A DNA stretch of 15,565 bases from an uncultured Opitutales bacterium (GTDB lineage Bacteria > Verrucomicrobiota > Verrucomicrobiia > Opitutales > Intestinicryptomonadaceae), in the NCBI GenBank assembly GCA_900548185.1, contig URJJ01000049.1:1-15565 (forward strand), in the 5' to 3' direction. The notes beneath the pieces were generated by a model. It had not been told where the DNA came from, searched no databases, and saw only the letters and a list, made by a program, of their open reading frames with translations. Numbering within the stretch: the first letter of the stretch is position 1; each line of letters starts with the position of its first letter. A program made the translations under genes and the position numbers. Of the stretch, positions 1 through 7,698 are shown piece by piece.

Positions 1-2
1 GG

Positions 3-815
3 GCGGCGGGGAGGGCCGGGGCCGCCTTCGACTCGCCCGGGGCGGGCTGGGGCGCGGCGTTCGGCATTTGCGCCGCCCTGTGCGCGGCGTCTTTTGCGGT
101 GCTTTTTTTCGCCCTGCCGAGGCCGCCTGGCGACGTTCCCCGCAGGACTGCCGGGGCCTCTTCGCTGGCAAGGGGATTTATCCGGATATTTTCGGAATTT
201 TTCTCGCGCAGGGGGATATTTGCCATTTTGGCCTACATACTGCTCTACCGGTTCGCGGAGGGCCAGCTTGCGAAGGTCGTGCAGATTTTCCTGATAGATT
301 CCCGCGCGGACGGCGGGCTGGGCCTTTCGCTGGAGGAGGCGGGCTACGTCTATGCGTGTTCCCCCGTCGCGCTGCTTGCGGGGGGCGTCCTGGGGGGCGT
401 TTACATTTCGCGCAGGGGGCTTGAAGGGAGCCTCATGCCGATGGCGTGCGCGATGAACCTCCCCAATGTCATATACGTGATTCTTGCGTGGATTCAGCCG
501 CAGTCGGCCTCTGCGGCGGCTTTGGGGGTGTTTTGCGAACAGTTCGGCTACGGGTTCGGCTTTGCCGGGTACATGATGTTTCTGATACACTCTTCGCGCG
601 GCGAGTACCGCACTTCGTTTTACGCGATATGCACGGGGCTGATGGCGCTCGGCCTGAATGTTCCGGGATTTTTCAGCGGACTTGCGCAGTCGGCCGTCGG
701 GTACTTCGGATTCTTCGTCTGGGTGCTGCTTTCGACCGCCGTTTCTTTTGCTGTTACGCTCGGGGCCGTGCGCGTCGTAGCTTCTGATGCGCGCGGGGGC
801 GGTTTCGCGGCCTGA
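3..815 (+). CDS. ampG: MFS permease, AmpG family (muropeptide/anhydromuropeptide permease-like), 5'-truncated by the window edge
   Basis: Frame 3 is open from nt 3 to the TGA at 813-815. The residues upstream of the track start (…GAGWGAAFGICAALCAASFAVLFFAL…) form another TM helix, so the gene continues off the left edge. The translated C-terminal half reads FFSRRGIFAILAYILLYRFAEGQ … CEQFGYGFGFAGYMMFLI … TSFYAICTGLMALG … GYFGFFVW. From memory this follows the same helix order and motif pattern as E. coli AmpG (FF.RRN.W.ILL.IVLYKLGDAF … ENLCGGMGTSAFVALLM … ATQFALLSALSAVG … GWSTFYLF). Confidence 0.6.
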   Translation, partial: AAGRAGAAFDSPGAGWGAAFGICAALCAASFAVLFFALPRPPGDVPRRTAGASSLARGFIRIFSEFFSRRGIFAILAYILLYRFAEGQLAKVVQIFLIDSRADGGLGLSLEEAGYVYACSPVALLAGGVLGGVYISRRGLEGSLMPMACAMNLPNVIYVILAWIQPQSASAAALGVFCEQFGYGFGFAGYMMFLIHSSRGEYRTSFYAICTGLMALGLNVPGFFSGLAQSAVGYFGFFVWVLLSTAVSFAVTLGAVRVVASDARGGGFAA

Positions 816-1216
816 ACGCTCCTTCTTGGCCGCGATTTTGGCGGATTTTCCAGGGAGGGGGTGGGCGATTGCGGCACTGCCGCGCCGGCCTGGGCGGCGC
901 CCCTTTCCGGCCTTGGCGCCTCCGGGGCACGGACTGCAAAAGATTCGCCGGGGAGCCGGTTCATTGAAGGGAAATCTGCGGCTTGCTTAAAAAAGGGTGC
1001 GGCAGAGATGGGGGAGCGGAAAGCGGGCTTTGTTGATGAATTTTTGCGCGGATAGGGAAAAATCCCGCCCAGCCTGCCGCGAAACGCCGCCTGATTTTTC
1101 GTTTCTTTCGGGGAATTTTAATCTGTGCCAGCCCCTGAAAAATCGGCGGGGGGCGCATTTCAAGCTGCCGCTCCCGGATGGCGGCACGAGGCACGCCATC
1201 TCCCGGCTTGCCCGGA

Positions 1217-1759
1217 CTAATGTTTGCGGGGCGCTGCGGGATTCTGCCGCCCTTTCTTGCCGCGCAGATTCCGGCCCCTTTTCCGCGCAAGGATTTTTTT
1301 AAGCTTTAGCCTGTCCTCCACGGCGACGATGTAGCCCACACAGCCGGGCTTGCCGCAGCGGCAGGGGTGGTCCATGAAGTGCTCCAGCGCATAGCCGTAG
1401 TTGTAGAGGATTTCCTCGCCTTCTGCAATGTCGGATGTCGCGACTATCCAGATGTGCCCGTCTATGTTTTCCGCCTCGCAGTTTGTGACGCAGGCGTGGT
1501 TTATAAAGCGCGCGTCGTTGTATTCAAAGTTCCCGTCGATGTCGTATTCATCGTCGAGTTCAAATATGTAAACCGCGCCTTCGCCCGTGGATTTTGCCTT
1601 CTCCTCCTGCTCAAGCCCGCGCCTGTTGGACTCTTCCTTGGATATTTTTTCCCCCAGGTATTCTATTATGCGCTCGCCCTTTTTTATGGGGCGCACGGCG
1701 AACACCCCGCGGCCGTGTATTGCGGACCGCCTGACCTCGCACTTGCTCCGGCCGCTCAT
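1217..1759 (-). CDS. SET-domain protein-lysine methyltransferase (small bacterial type) with post-SET Cys cluster and a basic C-terminal tail
   Basis: 180 aa ORF. It has the N-SET-like GRGVFAVRPIKKGERIIEYLGEKIS, the pseudoknot motifs FINHACVTNCEA (NHxC) and GEEILYNYGY (ELxxDY-type), and the post-SET CRCGKPGCVGY (CxCxxxxC). The C-terminal roughly 30 aa are very basic (LKLKKILARKRGRNLRGKKGRQNPAAPRKH). Its ATG (1759-1757) overlaps the panB TGA in an ATGA junction at 1756-1759. Confidence 0.88.
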   Translation of the reverse strand: MSGRSKCEVRRSAIHGRGVFAVRPIKKGERIIEYLGEKISKEESNRRGLEQEEKAKSTGEGAVYIFELDDEYDIDGNFEYNDARFINHACVTNCEAENIDGHIWIVATSDIAEGEEILYNYGYALEHFMDHPCRCGKPGCVGYIVAVEDRLKLKKILARKRGRNLRGKKGRQNPAAPRKH

Positions 1760-2553
1760 TCGGCGTTGGCCCCCTCCCGCGCGGGGAAAGCCCCCGCACG
1801 GACCTCGGACGCGTAGGCTTCAAACGCGGCCTTTGCCAGCCCGCCGAGTTCCGCGTACTTTTTTGCAAACGGCGGAATCTTCCCCCCGAGGCCAAGCAGG
1901 TCTGTTGAAACCAGCACCTGCCCGTCGCAGTCGGGGCCGGCCCCGATGCCTATCGTGGGGATTTGGACGGACGCGGTTATTTCGCGCGCCGCGTCCTGGT
2001 CCGTCTTTTCTATCACAAAGGAAAACGCGCCCGCCTCCTCCAGCATTTTCGCGTCCTTCAGGAGCGACTCGCGCCCGGCGGCGTCGGCCCCGAACGTCCG
2101 GTAGGAGCCGAGCTTCAGTATCTGCTGGGGCATAAGCCCTATGTGGCCCATTACGGGGATGCCGGCCTCCGTGAGGCGCCTGATTTTTTCGGCCATGGCA
2201 GCGCCCCCCTCTATTTTTACTGCGTCGGCCCCGCCTTCCTGAAGGAGCTTCGCGCACTGGCGCAGGAGCTCGTCGAAGCAGTAGTGCGCCACTGCGAACG
2301 GGACGTCCGCCACAACCAGCGCGGCCGGGTTTGTGCGCGATACCATGGCGGTGTGGCGCAGCATGTCGTCCATCGTGACGGGCACGGTGGAGGAGTGGCC
2401 CATGAGGGTGTTCCCGAGGGAGTCGCCGATGAGTATGGCGTCCACCCCGGCCGAGTCGGCGATGCGCGCGAAGACGGCGTCGTAGGCCGTGGTCATCACA
2501 ATTTTTTCCGCGCCCTTTTTGCGCAGGAAAGCCTTTGTAGTGGTTTTTTTCAT
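1756..2553 (-). CDS. panB: 3-methyl-2-oxobutanoate hydroxymethyltransferase (ketopantoate hydroxymethyltransferase)
   Basis: 265 aa and full length. Typical PanB sequence runs throughout: KIVMTTAYDAVFARIADSAGVDAILIGDSLGNTLMGH…, VVADVPF, GADAVKIEGG, IPVMGHIGLMPQ, EEAGAFSFVIE, IPTIGIGAG..CDGQVLV. The ATG at 2553 lies 1 nt downstream of the upstream gene's TAA (2555-2557). Confidence 0.95.
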   Translation of the reverse strand: MKKTTTKAFLRKKGAEKIVMTTAYDAVFARIADSAGVDAILIGDSLGNTLMGHSSTVPVTMDDMLRHTAMVSRTNPAALVVADVPFAVAHYCFDELLRQCAKLLQEGGADAVKIEGGAAMAEKIRRLTEAGIPVMGHIGLMPQQILKLGSYRTFGADAAGRESLLKDAKMLEEAGAFSFVIEKTDQDAAREITASVQIPTIGIGAGPDCDGQVLVSTDLLGLGGKIPPFAKKYAELGGLAKAAFEAYASEVRAGAFPAREGANAE

Positions 2554-2554
2554 G

Positions 2555-5500
2555 TTATTTTGCCCCGCCGTTTGAGAGGCCCTTCAATATGTTTGAAATT
2601 GCCCTCGCCGCGTCCGCGCCGGAGCCAGCCTTGCTCTCCCCGGCATCCGGCTCCGGCTTTGCGCCTATCTCAAGACCGCCGGCCGCCGACCTTCCCGCAG
2701 CCTTTGAAATGACTTCGAGCAGGTTGTTTTCCGGGCTTGAAATCTTTCCGGATATGTTGAACTGCGGGCCGTCGAAATAGCCCTTTATGGAGGATTCGGA
2801 AGTTGCAAAGCCTATCTTTTTGAAGAGGTCCGCCGTGCGGCCCTCCCTGGCGTAGAGGCGGACGGGAAGGTCTATTTGCTGGTCCTTGAAGCCGAGGGCC
2901 TTGTCGTAGTCGATTTTCCCGGAGGCCGTCATCATAAGGTAGTCGGAGACTATGTCGAAGCTCGAAACCTCTATGTCGAGGTCCGCGCCCCGGCGGAGGG
3001 ATATGTCGATTTTGGAATAGTCCATGCGGCTCAGAAGCTCCGTGAGGTCCCCGATTGCGCCGAGCTCGCGCACGCGGTTCCCGAGGATGCCCCCGCCGAT
3101 TTTGAGGGCTGCGCTGCCTATGGAGCTGACGGCCCCCGCAGTCGAGCTTTTGTCAAGCAGCCTAAGGGTACCCCCCGATGACGAGAGGCGCGCGGAGCCC
3201 GTCAGGTTTTCCGCGAGGTCTGCGGGCGTGGAGCCGCTTCCGGACATCGAAAGGTCGGCGCTGAATGAGCCTTCAAGCATCTTTTCGCCGGCCCCGTTCG
3301 GCTTCATTATGTCGCCGGCTTCAAGGCCGGACACCTTTGCGGAGAGGTTTTTCAGCGTGTATCCGCGCTCCGGGTCGAACATAATGAGGGCTGAGGCGTC
3401 CGCGTCCGCCCCGAATATTTTTGCGGAAAAGCCCTCAAGCGACACCTCGCTTGGCGACACGGTCGCCCGCGCGGAAATTCCGGAGGCCACCGTCTTTTCT
3501 ATGCGCTCGATTTCGGCTATCTTTGCGGAAAATTCCAGGGATTTGCCGAAGTCCCACGGGGCCTTTGCGGGCTTTGCGGCTGCGGGGGCGGAAGCCGCCG
3601 AGGGCGCGGCCTCTGCGGGGCGCAGGAGCCTCTTTTTTCCGGGGGCGCTTTCGCCCGCGGGCTCGGGTGCCATCACGCCGTCTTTTGCGGCAGGGTTTGT
3701 GAAGGCCGCTGCGAGGGTTTCAAATTCGTCGACGATTACAGTGCCCGCGTTGAGGCCGATTTTTATCGGGTCGGCGTTTATGATTTCAATCGAGGCCGAG
3801 CCCGTCCCGAGGGGGCTGAAAGTGCCGAGCTTCGCGGCGGCAGACTTCGGCTCAAGGCCGTCGAACAGGGCCTGCACGCTAAGCGACGCCTTGCCGACCG
3901 TCATCGGGTAGCCGCGCGCCGTGATATTTATCAGGGCCGCGTCCGCATTGAGCGAGCCGTTTTCAAACCGCGCTTCGGCCTCCAGGGAGCCCGTCGCGAT
4001 GTTGTTGAATTTCCAGGCAGCCGGCTGGGACATCAGAAGCGGAAGCGCGGCCCTTGCCGACACTTCCGCGCGGACCGTCTCCGCAGGGGCGTCCAGCGAA
4101 GCGGATGCGCCCGCCTTGAGCGTGAGGGCCGCCGCCGTCCCCTCGTAGATTTCGACGCTCGCCGCATCCAGGCGCGCGTCTTTGCCCGCAAGCGACGCCC
4201 TGATTTTTGCAGCAGCGTCCAGTCCGCGCAGCAGCGTCTCGCCGCCCTTTGCAAAAGACATGCCCTTCACCGACATTTCCGCGTCCGCGCGAACCGACTC
4301 CGGCGACGGCATTTCCGCGCGCGCCGACAGCGACACTGTCTCCGCGTCCAGCCCTGCCGCGAAAGGCTTGAACATGGCAAACGGAACGTCGCGCCCCGAG
4401 AGCGTCAGCGCGGCGCCTTCGGCGGACGGCTTGCGCGAGGCGAGGTCGTAGAAAGCCTTTCCGGACATGGAGGCGGCCAGTATTTCCGTTCCGGATGCGT
4501 CCCTCACCACGGCTGAAAGGCTGTTGAGGGCCGCCTTTTCGCCGGAATACGAGGCCCCCGCTGCGGCCTCCAGAAAGAGCTGCGGGAGCTTTGCGTCAGG
4601 AAGGAGCGCCGACGGAGAGCCGGACACCGCAAGCCTGGCGTCTGTCGCAGACGCTTTGTGGTCCAGCGACAGCGAAACCGACAGGTTCCCCCCCGCGTCG
4701 GGGTTTGCCTTTAGCTCCGCCGAGGCGGAGGCTTCCTTCAAGTCCGTCTGCCCCGACAGCGACAGCGTGGGCGATATGCGGCTTGCCACGACCTTCCCGC
4801 CGCTTTCCACGGACAGGTTCGGCAGCGTCAGGGGCGAGTCCGTGGAAATGGCGAACGCCCGGCCGCGCTTTGATACTGTGAATCTGGCTGAAATCGGCCC
4901 GCAATGTATTTTTACGGGGCCTGAAAAGGCGTTTACAAGCTCGGGCGGAAGCGACGCCACTGTGATTGAGGCGAGGTCTCCGTCGGGGATTTTTGAGAGG
5001 TCCCCGGCGTCGAGCCTGAAGGCGTCGGCGTTCTTTGCGTTCAGAATCTGCGAGCCGTTTGCCGAAAGCACGAGTTCGGCGTTTGCAATGGAAATTCCGC
5101 TGCCCGCCTTTTCCGCCGCCACGCTCCCCGAAAGCGAGACCGCCTTCAGCGGCGCGAGGGCCTCCGAAATCCTTTCGAGGGCGGAGGCGTCGGCCTTTAT
5201 CGAAGCCTTGCACCTGACGTTTTTCAGCCCGGCGTCTGCGCTTGCGTCGGCGAAGGCGTCCACCTTGAAGTCCGGCGCGCCGCGCAGGATGTTGGCGAAG
5301 TCCGAGGAGTCTGCGGCAATGCGCGCCTGGATTTCGGCTGCGGAATATTCGGCGTCGGCCCTGGCCGAGAGCTGCACGAGCTTCTTGCCGCCCCTTTCGA
5401 GGGCCGCCTTTATCGAGCGGGCGCCGTTTGAGGGAACCACGGTTGCTGCGAGCGCGAGGCTTTCCGGGGGCAGGCCCGCCATCCTGAAGCCGGCCGACAC

Positions 5501-6100
5501 CTTCAGGTCTGCGCTCTCCAGGAGGGCGAGCTTGCGGGCCGAAAAGGACTTGAGCTGCGCCCCGAGCTCTATGCGCGAGCCGTCTGCAAGCTCCACGGCC
5601 GCCTCGGCGTCCGCCGATTTTATGTTCAGGCTGAGGTCCGGAAGCCGGAATCGCGCCCCTTCAGGGGCTTCCTCGGCCGGGGCTTTGGCGGTTTTTGCGC
5701 CGGATGGCGCCATGCCCTTTGATGGAGCCGCGCCTCCGGAAGCTTCTGGAGCCGCGCCCGGGGCCGCAGGCGCTTTGGGGAGCATCTTGAACTCCGCGCC
5801 GCGCACGGACGCGTTTGAAATCTCAACGGTTTTTGAGAGCAGGGCGGCAAGCGAGTATTCCGCCGATATGCTCTCTGCCGTAAACGACGCCCCGTCAATG
5901 CCCCTGAAGTCGAGGTTTTTTATCTCCGCCCCGCCCAGGCCAATCGAAACGCTGCCCACGGAGCTTCCCCCGAAGGAGTCTTTCAGCACGGAGTTTGCAA
6001 TGCTCGTTTGCAGGCCGGAATTTGTAAGTATGAAATATCCGGCAATCAGGGAGCAGGCGGCAGCCGCCGCCGCGCATCCGCATCCTTTTTTAATGCTCAT
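2555..6100 (-). CDS. Large Ala/Ser-rich envelope protein, N-terminally membrane-anchored, AsmA-family-like (AsmA/TamB/YhdP-type)
   Basis: 1181 aa uninterrupted ORF. It has a single N-terminal hydrophobic anchor (GCGCAAAAAACSLIAGYFIL). The body is long and low in aromatic residues, with an alternating beta-like pattern. The C-terminal region (…LEGSFSADLSMSGSGSTPADLAENLTGSARLSSSGGTLRLLD…IDLPVRLY…GYFDGPQFNISGK) resembles the AsmA C-terminal pattern as I remember it. The family call rests on architecture and motif feel, not on an alignment. Confidence 0.5.
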   Translation of the reverse strand: MSIKKGCGCAAAAAACSLIAGYFILTNSGLQTSIANSVLKDSFGGSSVGSVSIGLGGAEIKNLDFRGIDGASFTAESISAEYSLAALLSKTVEISNASVRGAEFKMLPKAPAAPGAAPEASGGAAPSKGMAPSGAKTAKAPAEEAPEGARFRLPDLSLNIKSADAEAAVELADGSRIELGAQLKSFSARKLALLESADLKVSAGFRMAGLPPESLALAATVVPSNGARSIKAALERGGKKLVQLSARADAEYSAAEIQARIAADSSDFANILRGAPDFKVDAFADASADAGLKNVRCKASIKADASALERISEALAPLKAVSLSGSVAAEKAGSGISIANAELVLSANGSQILNAKNADAFRLDAGDLSKIPDGDLASITVASLPPELVNAFSGPVKIHCGPISARFTVSKRGRAFAISTDSPLTLPNLSVESGGKVVASRISPTLSLSGQTDLKEASASAELKANPDAGGNLSVSLSLDHKASATDARLAVSGSPSALLPDAKLPQLFLEAAAGASYSGEKAALNSLSAVVRDASGTEILAASMSGKAFYDLASRKPSAEGAALTLSGRDVPFAMFKPFAAGLDAETVSLSARAEMPSPESVRADAEMSVKGMSFAKGGETLLRGLDAAAKIRASLAGKDARLDAASVEIYEGTAAALTLKAGASASLDAPAETVRAEVSARAALPLLMSQPAAWKFNNIATGSLEAEARFENGSLNADAALINITARGYPMTVGKASLSVQALFDGLEPKSAAAKLGTFSPLGTGSASIEIINADPIKIGLNAGTVIVDEFETLAAAFTNPAAKDGVMAPEPAGESAPGKKRLLRPAEAAPSAASAPAAAKPAKAPWDFGKSLEFSAKIAEIERIEKTVASGISARATVSPSEVSLEGFSAKIFGADADASALIMFDPERGYTLKNLSAKVSGLEAGDIMKPNGAGEKMLEGSFSADLSMSGSGSTPADLAENLTGSARLSSSGGTLRLLDKSSTAGAVSSIGSAALKIGGGILGNRVRELGAIGDLTELLSRMDYSKIDISLRRGADLDIEVSSFDIVSDYLMMTASGKIDYDKALGFKDQQIDLPVRLYAREGRTADLFKKIGFATSESSIKGYFDGPQFNISGKISSPENNLLEVISKAAGRSAAGGLEIGAKPEPDAGESKAGSGADAARAISNILKGLSNGGAK

Positions 6101-7698
6101 AACGGTCTTTCTATGGATTTTTCAAATACGCCTCGCCTGACGCGCGAACGCAGGAGCAGGTTCTCGCGCAGGCCGAAAAATTCCTCCAGCCATTCGTCGT
6201 CGTCGAAGCGGCCATCCATGTCCGCGTCGAACGGGGCGTCGTAAACTATCATCGTGAATTTGCCGGGGGCTGCGGCGGCGGAGGCGTCGGAGGAAAATTC
6301 CACCCCGCCAACCCTGATGAGCTGCCACGGCAGCGGCCAGGGCGAGTTCTTTGTAAGCACCAGCGCCCTGAATCCGGGCCCGGCGGCTTTCGCGCAGGCC
6401 TTGATGCGCTTCACCAGCCTCTCGGAGTCCCTGAGCGTGTGGACGTATATGAACGGGTTTCGGGGGTCGCTCGGGTAGTTGCGGGAGGCCGCGCGCGCCT
6501 CCGAATACTGGACGCTGAAAAGCCACCCCAAAAGCAGGATTCCGGCGGCCGAGGCCGCGCAGTTCGCAAGCCTCCCCGCGCCGCGCACCCTTGGGAAGGC
6601 GAGCGACGAAGCCGCGTATCCGGCCGGGATACACATGGCGGTTACGGGCGCGAGCATGAGCCACGGGGTCTTGTAGGATATGAGGCTTAAAACCAGCACG
6701 TTCACCCATGCGAAAACCGATGCGAAAACGACGAACGCGTTTCTCCTCAAAGCCGCCAGGAAAAACCCGGCTATTGAGAGCGCAAAAATCGCAGTCTCCC
6801 CGAATAGCGGCCCCTGCGAGCGCTGCCCGGCAAGGAGCGTGAAATAGTAGAGGAAGCCCTTGGAGTGGGCGTCGGAGCCGGATTTTTCAAAGAAGTGCGC
6901 GTAGCTTTTGAGCCCGTCTGCCAGACCCTGCCAGTTTGAGCCGAACGACGAGTAGAACGCCGCGTACACGGCCAGGGCGCACGCCGCCGCAGCCGCGAGC
7001 ATCGCGGCGTATCTTTTAGCCCCGGCCGCGCGGAAGGCGTCCGCCGCCGAAGCCCTGAACGGGCCTGCGAGCATGGCCGCAGCCGCGCCGGCTGCGGCGG
7101 AGGCGAACACTATGACGGACGTTTCCTTCGCGCACTGAAGCAGGCCCGCCGAAACCCCTAGCGCCGCAGCCGCCAGAAACGACGGCCTTTTTATGAACGA
7201 AAACGCCGCCATGGCGCACGCCAGCGAAAACAGGGCAAAGAAGCATTCCTGCACGAAGTACGTCGAATATATCTGCGACAGCGCCGAAAAGCAAAGGAGC
7301 GCGCACGCGAACGCCCCCGAGGCGAACCCTGCGGGCGGCGCGGCAGAAAGCTTCGGGTTCGGGGCCGTGTCGCGCGAGAGGGCGGGGGAGGCGAGGAGCA
7401 GAAGCAGAGTCAGGGCCCAGACCGGAAGCAGTGTTTTGCGCAGGTCCTTTATTTCAAACGACCCGGGGTCGCTTCCGCGCATCGCGGCATCCGCGTAATA
7501 GTAGAGTATCGGTCCGTGCGGGCCGTTTGCGTTGTACTTGTATTCGCCGTCGATAAACAGTCGGGCGAAAGTGAAGGTCTGTTCGCCCTCGTCGGCGTGC
7601 GCGGCGCGCGTTTCGGCGTTGTAAAGGCGCATGGAGGCCCCCGCGTACACGCAGAGGGCGAGCATGGCTATGAGGGCTGCGCCGATTGCCTTATTCAT
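6097..7698 (-). CDS. Polytopic GT-C-fold membrane protein, TIGR03663 / ArnT-PMT-like (putative lipid- or glycan-directed glycosyltransferase)
   Basis: 533 aa with many predicted TM helices. The first-loop motif AHADEGEQTFTFARLFIDGEYKYNANGPHGPILYY (HADE encoded at 7588-7599) matches the H-x-DE … G-x-Y-x-Y … HGP-x-LYY signature of the TIGR03663 (Agl23-like) GT-C group. Later conserved pieces are KETS, YKTPWL and FIYVHT, followed by a soluble acidic C-terminal domain. Its stop overlaps the next gene's ATG (ATGA at 6097-6100). Confidence 0.68.
   Translation of the reverse strand: MNKAIGAALIAMLALCVYAGASMRLYNAETRAAHADEGEQTFTFARLFIDGEYKYNANGPHGPILYYYADAAMRGSDPGSFEIKDLRKTLLPVWALTLLLLLASPALSRDTAPNPKLSAAPPAGFASGAFACALLCFSALSQIYSTYFVQECFFALFSLACAMAAFSFIKRPSFLAAAALGVSAGLLQCAKETSVIVFASAAAGAAAAMLAGPFRASAADAFRAAGAKRYAAMLAAAAACALAVYAAFYSSFGSNWQGLADGLKSYAHFFEKSGSDAHSKGFLYYFTLLAGQRSQGPLFGETAIFALSIAGFFLAALRRNAFVVFASVFAWVNVLVLSLISYKTPWLMLAPVTAMCIPAGYAASSLAFPRVRGAGRLANCAASAAGILLLGWLFSVQYSEARAASRNYPSDPRNPFIYVHTLRDSERLVKRIKACAKAAGPGFRALVLTKNSPWPLPWQLIRVGGVEFSSDASAAAAPGKFTMIVYDAPFDADMDGRFDDDEWLEEFFGLRENLLLRSRVRRGVFEKSIERPL

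Noticed and set aside
1-98. The very GC-rich first 98 nt (GGGCGGCGGGGAGGGCCGGGGCC…) as a possible G-quadruplex or repeat element.
   Set aside because: It reads through in the ampG frame as a Gly/Ala-rich loop followed by a TM helix, consistent with ordinary coding sequence.
861-1302. Short ORFs in the ampG/SET spacer (861..1055 +, 961..1290 -, 987..1199 -, 997..1302 +) as possible small proteins.
   Set aside because: They overlap one another in several frames. They are Arg/Pro/Gly-rich, lack an SD or a sensible start context, and two run into the SET gene. Nothing supports coding.
1963-2712. A 249 aa + strand ORF across panB and the end of the AsmA-like gene.
   Set aside because: It is antisense to an unmistakable PanB and spans a gene junction. 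Its composition is Arg/Gly/His/Val-rich junk.
6074-6100. The N-terminus MSIKKGCGC of the large protein as a lipoprotein lipobox.
   Set aside because: The Cys residues sit at positions 7 and 9, before any hydrophobic h-region, and there is no L-[AS]-[GA]-C context. The hydrophobic stretch follows them, which fits an uncleaved TM anchor better.
4467-6140. A 557 aa ORF on the + strand, one of the longest in the track.
   Set aside because: It lies entirely antisense to the 1181 aa Ala/Ser-rich gene. GCN/TCN-rich coding sequence automatically yields long open antisense frames. The translation is low-complexity (Ala/Ser/Pro/Arg) with no recognisable motif. The sense-strand gene has a proper TM anchor, domain pattern and coupled junctions.
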